64,000 nt of DNA from Phycisphaeraceae bacterium (lineage in GTDB: Bacteria > Planctomycetota > Phycisphaerae > Phycisphaerales > Phycisphaeraceae): the NCBI GenBank assembly GCA_963674705.1, contig OY771506.1:1792001-1856000 (forward strand), written 5' to 3'. Each line of letters opens with the position of its first letter. Positions within the stretch are counted from its first letter, which is position 1. Of this stretch, positions 28,254 to 37,927 are shown piece after piece. The translations under genes were made by a program, and so were the position numbers. The notes beneath the pieces are model-generated. The model saw nothing but the letters and a program-made list of their open reading frames with translations, was not told the DNA's origin and made no database searches.

Positions 28254-29105
28254 TTATTTGCCGGGCACGGGTTGGGGTGGGTTTGCTTCTGGGGTCTTCG
28301 GGGTTTTGCCGGCGACAGTCAGTGTGATGGCGGGGCAGTTGGTGCATTCCATGCAGCGGATGCAGGATGCGTTGTTGATGGATTGATCGAGTTTGACATC
28401 GTACTTGCATCGGCTGCGGCAGAGGTTGCATTCGGTGCACTTGGGGGCGTTGTAGTGCAGGTAGAGGAGGCTGAATCGGTTGAAGATCGCGAAGATGCCG
28501 CCGAGCGGGCAGAAGATTCGGCACCACGGGCGGTAGGTGAAGAAAGCTAAGAAGAGGACGACGCCGGTGACGATGAGTTTGATCGTGTTGGGGATGAACA
28601 GTTGTCCGCGATAGATTGATTGGCCAAGCGCGGCTTCGAGCGCGCCGGCGGGGCAGACGTTACAGAAGAAAAGCGGGTGTTCGTCGCCGAAGAAGAAGGG
28701 GATGAGCAGGACGAGTCCGATGAGCGTGACGAATCGGCCGTAGCCTAGCCAGCTTGGGATGGAGTATTTGGGTGTGGGGATTTTCCCGAGCAGGTCCTGG
28801 AAGAAGCCGAAGGGGCATGCCCAACCGCAGACGGCTGTGCCGAAGATCCCGCCGACGGTGATCAGCACGCCGAGGATCATCAGCGGCCACATGTGCATCG
28901 CGGCGAACTGCGACATGAGCCCAATCGGGCAAGCGACTGTTGCGAGCGGGCATGCGTAGCAGTGGAAGACGCAGCCGGGCACGGAATGCCAACGCAGTAG
29001 AAGTGGGTCGAGCCAGACAGCGAGAAAAGCGGTCTGCACCCAGGGGCGTAGTTTGCCGAGGTTCAGTCGGCGACGGGGGATGTTTGGTTTGGATGATTCG
29101 GCCAT
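28254..29105 (-). CDS. Membrane 4Fe-4S binding protein (NapH/RdxA/YccM-like)
   Basis: CVFHCYACP..ACPIG, CGWACPFG, FCNVCPAG, WCRIFCPLG, CTECNLCRSRC, CIRCMEC; hydrophobic segments. Confidence 0.92.
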   Translation of the reverse strand: MAESSKPNIPRRRLNLGKLRPWVQTAFLAVWLDPLLLRWHSVPGCVFHCYACPLATVACPIGLMSQFAAMHMWPLMILGVLITVGGIFGTAVCGWACPFGFFQDLLGKIPTPKYSIPSWLGYGRFVTLIGLVLLIPFFFGDEHPLFFCNVCPAGALEAALGQSIYRGQLFIPNTIKLIVTGVVLFLAFFTYRPWCRIFCPLGGIFAIFNRFSLLYLHYNAPKCTECNLCRSRCKYDVKLDQSINNASCIRCMECTNCPAITLTVAGKTPKTPEANPPQPVPGK

Positions 29106-29127
29106 GGCACGCATGACCCGGCGGGGG

Positions 29128-29511
29128 TCACTTCACTCACGTCGGGCAAAAATCGTTCGGGGTCGTTTCGCCAGACTTCTTCGCGTCTTGCGGGCCCTGA
29201 TCCGTAAGCGCGTCGGCCTGATCACCCAGGAATTGTTGGATCGCCAGATCGAGTTCTGATTTTGGTGGTGGCGGCGGCGGTGGTTTGCGTGGTCCGCCGA
29301 CGGTGACGGCTTGAATGAGCTGCCCTTCCGAGAGGACGACCTTGCCGTCGTTGAAGATATCGTGCTTGCGGGTGGTGGCGAAGCCCGCCAGCGCGATGCC
29401 GATGATGACAAGCATTGCGGCGACCCACCACGAGCGTGTGCCCGAGGGATGGCCCCACTTGTCGATGGGCGGCTGTGGCTTGATCCGCATTTTTTTCTTT
29501 TTGCGTGCCAC
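29128..29511 (-). CDS. Small membrane-anchored Pro-rich protein ending FCPT-TGA; possible C-terminal CxxU selenoprotein (ends at 29137 if there is no readthrough)
   Basis: TM segment WWVAAMLVIIGIALAGF; directly downstream of tRNA-Sec and upstream of the 4Fe-4S gene; the ORF is plausible, readthrough is uncertain. Confidence 0.6.
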
Positions 29512-29571
29512 CGGTAAAACGCCTTTCAATGCACGGCTGCAACGTGTCAATACACGCGCGGCCTGCGGGAA

Positions 29572-29664
29572 CGGAGGTGCATGGGAATCGAACCCACCCG
29601 GGACCGTTAAAGCCCCACACTGGTTTTGAAGACCAGGAGCGTCACCAGACCGCCGATCACCTCC
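29572..29664 (-). tRNA. selC: tRNA-Sec (anticodon UCA)
   Basis: Minus strand GGAGGTGATCGGCGGTCTGGTGACGCTCCTGGTC-TTCAA-AACCAGTGTGGGGCTTTAACGGTCCCGGGTGGGTTCGATTCCCATGCACCTCCG: UCA anticodon, long variable arm, T-loop; no encoded CCA. Confidence 0.96.
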
Positions 29665-30207
29665 CGCGGCTGGTGCATTTTATCAGGTATCGGCATGTGG
29701 GGATATGTTGGGGTTTTTATTTTTTGGTATTAGCCACAGATCAACACAGATTAAGCGGAAGCCTGGCGAACTTGCGTGGCATCATTTTTAGCCACGAAAA
29801 GGCACAAAATACACAGAAGGTTTTGAGAAGGGCGTTTGATATTGATGGGTGTTGAACCCATAAGGAACCCGGCCCTCACCCGGGCCATATTCCGGGGGCT
29901 CCCGCGGGGAGAGGGAGCTCATCTATATAGATACGGGATTAGATCGGTGCGATACATCGGGTTGATCTGGCGATCAGTTTGTGTGATGAAGTGCATTGAT
30001 TGAGTGTAAGCCTGTGAACTAAAGAAGTTATTTATATCTTGGGGGGGTTTGTTAGAATAGGGTGAGTCATATTGCTACGGGCGGTCGGTAAATCAGGAGA
30101 AAGCAGTGCGGGGCCGTTGGCCGGGCGGGCGGTGTTTCGTGGCATGTCTGTAAAAAGTAAACGGGAAGGGGAGCAAGGCAATCTCGCGGGCGGTAGAACA
30201 ATCCGAA

Positions 30208-31191
30208 GTGACCCAACTGGCTGGGGGCGGTATCACTGCGCCGCCAATGGTCGGCCAGGCGCCGGCGATGTGCGAGTTGCGCAAGCGTGTGGCGGCGGTG
30301 GCGGGCCGGCGGTGCACGGTATTGATCCGGGGGCAAACGGGGACGGGCAAGGAACTGGTTGCTAGGCATATCCATGCGGGCAGTTCAAAGCGGGGTGGGC
30401 CTTTCATCCCGATCGATTGTTCGACGCTGCCGCAGTCGCTGTTTGAATCGCAGATGTTCGGGCATGTGAAAGGTTCTTTCACGGGGGCGCAGCAGAGCAC
30501 GCTTGGGTTTATCCGGTCGGCGGACGGGGGGACTTTGTTTCTGGATGAGGTGGGTGAGTTACCTTTGGCGGCGCAGGCGAAGTTGTTACGTTGCATCCAG
30601 GAGCGGGCGGTCGTGCCTGTTGGTGGGGTGAAGCCGATCGGCGTGGATGTGCGGATCATCGCAGCGACGCACCGTGACTTGCGTGCGATGGTGGAGGGGG
30701 GGACTTTCAGGCAGGATTTGTATTACAGACTTGATGTGGCGCAGATCAACACGCCGACGCTGTATGAGCGACGGGAAGATATTGGGTTGCTTGTAAGGCA
30801 CTTCATTGAAGAGTTGGCCCGGTTGTATGAAGAGCCGGCGAAGTGTGCGGGGGATGGATTGATCGAGACGCTTGAGGCGCATGAGTGGCAGGGTAATATC
30901 CGGGAGTTGAGTAACGCGGTGGAGCACGCGTTTATTTTCTGCGGGACGGATGTGATTCGGTCTGAGGATCTTCCGGAGTCTGTGAGACGTGTTGAAGTGA
31001 AGGAAGCACGGCAGCGTGTTGAAGGCTTGATGACTTTAGAGCAGGCGGAGCGCGCGTTGATTGAGCATGCGCTGCGCGTAGCGGAGGGGAACCAGAGCAG
31101 GGCCGCGGAGCTGATCGATGTGGAACGGCATCGGCTGCGAAGAAAGATCGTGCGCTACGGGTTGGAAGGGATGACGCAGAACGGGAAGTGA
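30208..31191 (+). CDS. Sigma-54-dependent Fis-family activator (AAA+ and HTH only, no N-terminal regulatory domain)
   Basis: GQTGTGKE, ESQMFGHVKGSFTGA, GGTLFLDEVGE, FRQDLYYRL, WQGNIREL, C-terminal HTH. Confidence 0.93.
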   Translation: MTQLAGGGITAPPMVGQAPAMCELRKRVAAVAGRRCTVLIRGQTGTGKELVARHIHAGSSKRGGPFIPIDCSTLPQSLFESQMFGHVKGSFTGAQQSTLGFIRSADGGTLFLDEVGELPLAAQAKLLRCIQERAVVPVGGVKPIGVDVRIIAATHRDLRAMVEGGTFRQDLYYRLDVAQINTPTLYERREDIGLLVRHFIEELARLYEEPAKCAGDGLIETLEAHEWQGNIRELSNAVEHAFIFCGTDVIRSEDLPESVRRVEVKEARQRVEGLMTLEQAERALIEHALRVAEGNQSRAAELIDVERHRLRRKIVRYGLEGMTQNGK

Positions 31192-31547
31192 CCGAGTTTG
31201 TATTGTCTGAACTGATAATGTGATTCCGGGTACATGTTTAATACGGCCCTCACCCTTGCCCTCTGCCGGGGGGAGAGGGGATAGGTGGTGTTTCATATCG
31301 ATATGCAAGGTATACGAGGTTTGTTTTTTTGTGATATTGATTGGAAGGTTTTGTACCGGCTGGTGTATTTTGCATCAGGTGTAGATAAATGGTTTGCTGT
31401 GATGAGTTTGTTTCAGGATTAGGTTTGAAGTGGTTTGTTTTGTGCCGATGAGCTTGAAGTTCGGATTTGGTTGATCATTTTTTTTGTTTTGTTGCAAATC
31501 ATCTCTGTTAACGGGGTTTATAAAAACTTTGGGATGAAGTGCGTGCA

Positions 31548-31563
31548 CGGCACGGGCTTCGCT
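31548..31563 (+). promoter_or_regulatory. Sigma-54 (-24/-12) promoter
   Basis: cGGcacgggcttcGCt with GG-N10-GC spacing, 44 bp before ATG 31607, preceded by an AT-rich tract. Confidence 0.7.
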
Positions 31564-31606
31564 ATATATCAGGTGCAAACGCATCGAAGACGAAACGGAG
31601 GGCGAC

Positions 31607-32056
31607 ATGATCTGCATACAACTCAACTCCGTGCTCCTGATCACGCCGAGAGACGAATCGAATCAGGGCCAGCCAGAACAAACGGGCGATACATCATGGA
31701 TGCGGATCGAAACACAGACCGTCGGCGATGCACTTCGGCAAGTGAGGTTTTACAAACCCAGCGTGCTGGTTTTCGACCTGACCGGGGAAGAAGTCGCAAC
31801 CGAAGACCTTCATCGCATGTTGCGCGTCATGTCCTCGGTGAGGACACGGGTTCCGAGCACATCGATCGTCGTGCTGGGCACGGGGGAGGATGAGAAGCTG
31901 GAGCAGGCGGCGCGGCGGAACGGCGCAGCGGTGTACCTGCCGATCTCATCGGAAGGCGGGCGCGGCGAAGTCAGCGAGATCATCCAATCGCTTTATGCAC
32001 GCCCCGGGCCAAACGCGGCTCACGCACCGCCTCGCAGCGGTGTGCCCCCGCGATAG
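31607..32056 (+). CDS. Degenerate response-regulator receiver-like protein
   Basis: KPSVLVFDL...IVVLG...EQAARRNGAAVYLP receiver-like pattern; GGAGG RBS. Confidence 0.6.
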   Translation: MICIQLNSVLLITPRDESNQGQPEQTGDTSWMRIETQTVGDALRQVRFYKPSVLVFDLTGEEVATEDLHRMLRVMSSVRTRVPSTSIVVLGTGEDEKLEQAARRNGAAVYLPISSEGGRGEVSEIIQSLYARPGPNAAHAPPRSGVPPR

Positions 32057-32166
32057 CAACCGTAACAAGAACCCATACACAGTTCCCACAGATTCAAACT
32101 CAACCATCGACTCACACACACCGGCGACCCACAACGCCGGCCAAACCACGGGGGAGGAGAGAAACC

Positions 32167-32370
32167 ATGCTGACAGTGAACAACACACAACGTTTACGGC
32201 AAATGAGCGGCGAAGAACTTTTGCTCCAGGCCATCTTCTGCAAGGAAAACCTGAAGAAGCGGATCGATCACGAACTCGATCGTCGGGCGCACTGCGATCT
32301 GCCCGCTGGCCGTGGCGTATCACCGCATGCAGGAAAACCGTTCGCATCCTTCTCGGGCTATGCCGCATAA
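32167..32370 (+). CDS. Small hypothetical protein (67 aa)
   Basis: Strong GGAGGAG RBS; helical, protein-like sequence. Confidence 0.55.
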   Translation: MLTVNNTQRLRQMSGEELLLQAIFCKENLKKRIDHELDRRAHCDLPAGRGVSPHAGKPFASFSGYAA

Positions 32371-32596
32371 GGCGAGCAGAAACAATCCAGCGCGGGGCGG
32401 CCGCAACAAGCGGAGGGTATCGGTCGGCCGCCCCGGGATCAACAGGCTACACACGCGGGGGAGAAAGTCAGGGCCATGCAACGACGTGACCTATGCCGTC
32501 TACAACAACACTTGCACGCGATCCATTGCGGGCAATTGCCCACAGGATTCCACCGTACTCACCATGAATGACTTCCACTTGAATAAGGGTAGAACC

Positions 32597-33205
32597 ATGT
32601 ATACGAACCTGAAACACATTATGTCGATGTTTGTTCTCGTCGTGCTCGTGACAAGCAACAGCGTCTTTGCACAAGGAACCGCGAACGGGCCCAACACGTT
32701 GCACACCGTCGATCCCGGCCCCATCGTGGTGATTGGCAATCCCACCAATCCCATGCCGATCGATCTCGATCCCGTGGGGCAACCCTGGACAAAGACCATC
32801 ACCGACCCCAACTTCCTGATACTCAACGGTGGGCCGTTGAATCTCAACGAATCCATCATCAACGTCGGCTCGGAGCCCTGGTATGACTGGCATGAACACA
32901 TCCTGCCGGACGCGACGGGCGCTTATCCCGGCGACTGGAGCTTCGTGCAGATGTCGGTCAATGGCAATCCGATCACGTTCAACGCCTTGGGTATCGGCAC
33001 ACCGAATCTCTGGCTGGACACGTTCTCGCAACCTGTTCTTCCCGGTGACATCCTGAACATCCGCAAGATCATCGATGTGGTTCCGGGCATCCCCGGGATC
33101 GTGCAGCAGCCCATCGTCATCCAGGAATACCCGACTCCGGAGCCGGCCAGCGCCGCGCTGATTGGGATAGGCTCGCTCGTGCTGATGGCAAGACGCAAGA
33201 CCTGA
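32597..33205 (+). CDS. PEP-CTERM protein, 'EPWYDWHE' paralog 1
   Basis: Signal peptide from ATG 32597; EYPTPEPASAALIGIGSLVLMARRK. Confidence 0.9.
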   Translation: MYTNLKHIMSMFVLVVLVTSNSVFAQGTANGPNTLHTVDPGPIVVIGNPTNPMPIDLDPVGQPWTKTITDPNFLILNGGPLNLNESIINVGSEPWYDWHEHILPDATGAYPGDWSFVQMSVNGNPITFNALGIGTPNLWLDTFSQPVLPGDILNIRKIIDVVPGIPGIVQQPIVIQEYPTPEPASAALIGIGSLVLMARRKT

Positions 33206-33361
33206 AACATCATCAAGACGGGCCCCGTCGGCACGTGGGGAGACGCGCCGGCGGGGTTCAACTTAACGATGCATTACTTAACCACCCATAACTGTAATCA
33301 AGGCAATACGACAAGAACTAATTCTGCAGTGTGGACAACACCGCACGAAGGGAGAACTGCC

Positions 33362-34666
33362 ATGCAACCATTCAAACACAGCAAGAAGACTGACGGCAGA
33401 AAGACATATGCAACGCGAGGCGTTATCACAACAAGTTTGGCCGCGATTCTGATAAGCACTGGGCCATCGATGGCACAAACCGGCGTCACCTTCTCGATCG
33501 ACTTCCAGGGCCCGACGGCGGGTAACCTGCCCGGGCCGTTCGCAGGACTGGCGGATACTTTCACCGGTGCGGCAATTGATGAAGGCTCGATCCTGACACC
33601 GTTCTTCCCCGGCCCGGTGGGACCGAATCCGGCATCACCCGGAGCATTGCCCACACCGGGGATGATGACCTCATCGATGCTCTTTGCAGGTGGCTCTGTA
33701 CCAGGCGGCGTGGGTATCGTGCCGGGACCCGTGCCTGGTCTGGAATTGGATGCGCTTTCTTACGGCCATGACAACGGCACACAACTCGTGTTCTCTGTAG
33801 ACGAGTTTGCCGTCGGCATCCCGGCGGCTCCGGCATTCCCCAACGTGACCAGTGAAGGTGCATTTGGTTCCCTTGAGGCCTCGGCCGACATCTTCCAATA
33901 CCTGGGCCCGGTCGTTGCGACAGTACCCGGACCAGTTTGGGGTAACAAAGCCATTATTGACGGAGATGGCATAGCGCCGTGGGGCGGACCGGGGCTGGGT
34001 CTGCTTGAACCCAATCCGCCTGCCGGCGGCGCGCCGTTCGATCAGGGCGACAACCTCGATGCGGTTGATGTCGATACTTCGCTTGCTGATCTTCACGGCC
34101 CAGTCTTCTTCTCGATGGATTCGTTTTTTGCCGATCCGATCGAAGGCGCACCGGCTAACACTGGCACTGCGATGTCGAACGGATTTGTCGGTGGCGACGT
34201 GGTCGTCACCCCCGCCATCGGCAGCGGTTTAATTGGTGTCTATGCGCCGGCACTGACGTTGGGGTTGGATACTTTCGGCAGTGACACCGACGATCTGGAT
34301 GCGCTGATTCTTCGTGATGACGGTGCCGTGGATGCGGTGGGCCTGCCGTACTTCAATCCCGGGAAAGACTTCATCCTGTTCAGTGTGCGGCGAGGCTCGG
34401 CGATCATCGGCACACCCGATAGCCGGCTGGGCCTGCCGATCGAAGAGGGCGACGTACTGACGATCCCGGCCACAGGCTCGTTCGTGCCGCAGATTTACAT
34501 CCCCGCCGAGAGCATGGGTCTGATGACGGCACGTTACAACGGTGCAGTGGGCGACGAACTCGACGCCTTGGATCTGGCTGTCCCCGAGCCTGCGAGCCTG
34601 GCGCTACTGGGACTGGGCAGCCTGTTCATCTTCAACAGGGGGAGAAAGGTCGGCTGCACGGCGTAA
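33362..34666 (+). CDS. PEP-CTERM protein, Pro/Gly-rich with repeated (D/E)xDA(L/V) motifs
   Basis: ELDALS, DNLDAVD, DDLDALI, DELDALD; VPEPASLALLGLGSLFIFNRGRK. Confidence 0.88.
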   Translation: MQPFKHSKKTDGRKTYATRGVITTSLAAILISTGPSMAQTGVTFSIDFQGPTAGNLPGPFAGLADTFTGAAIDEGSILTPFFPGPVGPNPASPGALPTPGMMTSSMLFAGGSVPGGVGIVPGPVPGLELDALSYGHDNGTQLVFSVDEFAVGIPAAPAFPNVTSEGAFGSLEASADIFQYLGPVVATVPGPVWGNKAIIDGDGIAPWGGPGLGLLEPNPPAGGAPFDQGDNLDAVDVDTSLADLHGPVFFSMDSFFADPIEGAPANTGTAMSNGFVGGDVVVTPAIGSGLIGVYAPALTLGLDTFGSDTDDLDALILRDDGAVDAVGLPYFNPGKDFILFSVRRGSAIIGTPDSRLGLPIEEGDVLTIPATGSFVPQIYIPAESMGLMTARYNGAVGDELDALDLAVPEPASLALLGLGSLFIFNRGRKVGCTA

Positions 34667-34758
34667 GGCAGTACACATACACAGGTCCGCCCAACAGCGC
34701 ACCTGTGACTTTTAAAGCACCTGGCTGAATTGATTACGGACACATGAAAGGAAACATC

Positions 34759-35376
34759 ATGCATGCTTACACGACAAAACTTCTCGGTTCATTGGCCATA
34801 GTTCTTACATTGGTTCTCACACAAGGAACCGTGTTGGCACAGGGCACAGCCAGCGGCCCGTTCACCATCCACGAGGTCGAGCCCGGCCCGGTCGTCAATA
34901 TCGGCAGTCTGATCGACCCGATCCCGATCGATCTTGATCCTTTGGGGCCGCCGTGGTTCAAGAACATTGGTGATCCATTTGGCTACGTGACCGCCCCGAG
35001 TGACCTTCAGTTCAACGAGACGATCATCAACGTCGGCACAGAGCCCTGGTATGACTGGCACGAGTTCATCCTCGATCCCCCGGTGGGTATGTCGCAGAGC
35101 AGTTGGCAGACGGTAAAGGTGCTGGTTAACGGCACGCCGATCGGCTTTAGCTCTTCGGGCCTGGGCACACCGTCGCTCGACCTCTTCGACTTCTCCCAGC
35201 CGGTACTGCCCGGCGACATCCTTCAGATTCAGAAAACCATCGACGTGTACGACACCACGGGCAACAGCGGAGCGTTCCTCCGCATCCTCGAATACCCCAC
35301 CCCCGAACCGGCCAGCGCGTTGCTGATGATTACCGGCGCCACGGGTTTGCTGCTGCGGCAGCGTGAAAGGAACTGA
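34759..35376 (+). CDS. PEP-CTERM protein, 'EPWYDWHE' paralog 2
   Basis: Signal peptide; EYPTPEPASALLMITGATGLLLRQR. Confidence 0.9.
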   Translation: MHAYTTKLLGSLAIVLTLVLTQGTVLAQGTASGPFTIHEVEPGPVVNIGSLIDPIPIDLDPLGPPWFKNIGDPFGYVTAPSDLQFNETIINVGTEPWYDWHEFILDPPVGMSQSSWQTVKVLVNGTPIGFSSSGLGTPSLDLFDFSQPVLPGDILQIQKTIDVYDTTGNSGAFLRILEYPTPEPASALLMITGATGLLLRQRERN

Positions 35377-35378
35377 GC

Positions 35379-36221
35379 ATGTTTCGCTCACTGAAATACA
35401 ACCTGGTATCAGCAATGTGTGTTAGTGTTTCGCTTTCGATCATTGAGGACACACTCGCCGCCAATCTCGCGTTCGATAGTGCCGCCGATCCGGTTTACAA
35501 CGACGGCTGGCAATCGGGAGACAACGGCGGATATGGTTTCGCGCCATGGGCCTTGTTGACGCTCGGCTCCAGCTCGGGGCACTTCCTGGCCAGCTCCACC
35601 GGTAACGGGGACGGCCTTGACGACGGCAACATCAACGGCGCCGCGAATGACCACGACATCGATACTGCCGGCCGCGCCTGGGGAATGTATGCCTCGTTTG
35701 ACTCTTCGGCAGACGGCGCCGGTGCGGTCCGGAATCTGACAGGCGGGGCGCTGACTGTCGGGCAGTCCATATCGATCGACATGGACAACGGGTACATCAA
35801 CAGCTCCGGCTACAACTACGTCGGCATCACATTTGTGTCCAGCAGTGATTCAGTGCTCTTCCGCTTTGAGGGCGGCGATGCCAACTACGAGGTCTACTCG
35901 AATAACCTCGCGACACTGACGCCCACGACGCTCCCCTTTGCGGATGAAGGTTTGACGCTGAGCCTTACACGGACCGGCTTCAGCACGATCGACCTGACCG
36001 CGACGTTACGCAACGGCGCAACACAGACACTGCCTTTGATTCTTAGCGGCGCAACCGGTGCTGATATCCAAGCGGTGCTGTTGGCCAACGACAGCGCGGG
36101 CCAGGGGCCGCCTCACGACGCTTACTTCAACAGCATCACGGTCACGCCTGAGCCGGCAAGCGCGGCACTGCTGGGGCTGGGCGCGATGGCACTGGTGAGT
36201 CGACGAAGGGATGTGCTCTAA
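35379..36221 (+). CDS. PEP-CTERM protein
   Basis: YNDGWQSGDNGGYGFAPW; TPEPASAALLGLGAMALVSRRR. Confidence 0.88.
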   Translation: MFRSLKYNLVSAMCVSVSLSIIEDTLAANLAFDSAADPVYNDGWQSGDNGGYGFAPWALLTLGSSSGHFLASSTGNGDGLDDGNINGAANDHDIDTAGRAWGMYASFDSSADGAGAVRNLTGGALTVGQSISIDMDNGYINSSGYNYVGITFVSSSDSVLFRFEGGDANYEVYSNNLATLTPTTLPFADEGLTLSLTRTGFSTIDLTATLRNGATQTLPLILSGATGADIQAVLLANDSAGQGPPHDAYFNSITVTPEPASAALLGLGAMALVSRRRDVL

Positions 36222-36348
36222 GCAACCACATCTTCATTCTCTATCGAACCCATCGTCGGCATGCTGAAAAGTGTGTCGGCGGATTCGAGAACGCCATTAC
36301 GGAACGTCAAGCCTAATCAATAGAACTCAAGCATAAGGAAACACAATC

Positions 36349-37020
36349 ATGACTTCGAACACAACGCTAATAATCGCCGGCGGCATCGCAACCTCGATGC
36401 TGTTGACTGCTCAACACGCTTCTGCGGGTCAGATCCTCGGCTTTACCTGGTCGTCCGGCATCGCCTCGATCGCTGGTGAACCGGTGGACCCGCCGATTGA
36501 CGCAAACAATGACAACGTCGTTGGCGCATCACCGAACGAGTTGATCGTGACACAGAAAGACTTCTTCGGCGTCAACGGTGTTGCGGATATCGTCTTTTAC
36601 GTCATAGACTCGGGCGGTACGACGGAGTATGCGGTCTTTGAAGGGGTAAGTAACTCCTCCGGCATCGACTGGGACCAGTACCGGATCGAGCTTGGTTTCG
36701 GCGAGGGTGTCGGTTTCGTGCCATCTACCCCCGGCGACGGGCTTGACTTTGATACGCCTGATGAAGATTCGCCTTTCGACTTCTCCGCGTTTTTCTCATC
36801 GCCGACGCTTGTAAATGAGGATGTGATCCTGGCGGAAGGCGGCCTCTTCCCGTACCTGGCATTTACCACACCGTTGTTCCAGTTTTCGATCGATGTGCCG
36901 GATGGGATCGATAGTTTCACACTGCGTCAGATCCCGATCGCGGTACCCGAACCGGCAAGCGCCTTGTTGCTTGCGTCGATATCTGTGCTCGCGGTCAAAC
37001 GCCGCCGGATCATTCACTGA
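36349..37020 (+). CDS. PEP-CTERM protein (possibly choice-of-anchor F-like)
   Basis: GTTEY...IELGFGEG..F...GDGLDFD; VPEPASALLLASISVLAVKRRR. Confidence 0.85.
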   Translation: MTSNTTLIIAGGIATSMLLTAQHASAGQILGFTWSSGIASIAGEPVDPPIDANNDNVVGASPNELIVTQKDFFGVNGVADIVFYVIDSGGTTEYAVFEGVSNSSGIDWDQYRIELGFGEGVGFVPSTPGDGLDFDTPDEDSPFDFSAFFSSPTLVNEDVILAEGGLFPYLAFTTPLFQFSIDVPDGIDSFTLRQIPIAVPEPASALLLASISVLAVKRRRIIH

Positions 37021-37055
37021 TACAGAAAAACCATTCATACAAAGGATAAACAAAC

Positions 37056-37691
37056 ATGAAACGCATCTTCACCATAACGTCGATCGCCATCTGCACGATT
37101 ATGTTCTTCACGACCGCTGCGCTGGCGCAAGGCACAGCGACGGGCCCGAGTACTTTTCACTATGCCGATCCGGGCGGCGTCGTTTACGTCGGTGGGCCTA
37201 ACGATTTGATAAACGGCCCGGCTCCTTTCCCGATCGATTTGGACGCAAGCGGCCCGCCCTGGCGCAAAGCGATTCTCAGCGATCCGGCTTCGGGCTTCGG
37301 GTCCGGCAACATCACCATGATCGAGACGGTATTAAATGTCGGGACCGAGCCCTGGTATGACTGGCACGAGCAAGTCATCCCTGATGCCGTCGGTGCGGCA
37401 TGGTCGGGTGTTAATTCGGTATTGATAAACGGCCTTCCGATCACGTTTAATCAGATGATCACCGGCAGCAGCCTTACGATCGATGGATTCTCACAACCCG
37501 TGTTACCCGGCGATGTGCTGGTGATTGAGAAAGAACTGTACACGACAGCCAACCTGGTGGGGCCGGGCAAGAAGCTGGTCGATGTGCTTGAATACCCGAC
37601 TCCCGAGCCGGGCAGTGCGTCTCTGATGGGTGTTGGGGCGTTACTCTTATGCAAGCGGCGGCTGCGTCGGAATCAGGCAGGTTGGTTGTAG
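37056..37691 (+). CDS. PEP-CTERM protein, 'EPWYDWHE' paralog 3
   Basis: Signal peptide; EYPTPEPGSASLMGVGALLLCKRR. Confidence 0.9.
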   Translation: MKRIFTITSIAICTIMFFTTAALAQGTATGPSTFHYADPGGVVYVGGPNDLINGPAPFPIDLDASGPPWRKAILSDPASGFGSGNITMIETVLNVGTEPWYDWHEQVIPDAVGAAWSGVNSVLINGLPITFNQMITGSSLTIDGFSQPVLPGDVLVIEKELYTTANLVGPGKKLVDVLEYPTPEPGSASLMGVGALLLCKRRLRRNQAGWL

Positions 37692-37927
37692 CGTGTATGG
37701 CTGGTATATTTGGGTGCGATAAAGCTATCCTGTCACATGTGAGAAGTTTCCGAATTAATTCCTTTTCCCCTTGGGAGAAGGTTAGGAAGAGAGCCGGATT
37801 GATTAGGTGATCAGAACACATTTTCTGCTTGCACACTGAACCCGGCCCTCACCCCGACCCTGTCCCAAGGGGAGAGGGAGTGAACCAAAGACCTTATCAC
37901 ACTCATGCAATAGGCGCAGTGTCCGCC

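Noticed and set aside
29128..29130. Second UGA readthrough fusing the CPT protein to the 4Fe-4S protein
   Set aside because: The 4Fe-4S gene is in a different frame; continued reading gives non-protein-like shadow sequence.
29505..30200. tRNA-Sec as an integration site for a genomic island
   Set aside because: No integrase and no duplicated tRNA 3' end were seen in the window.
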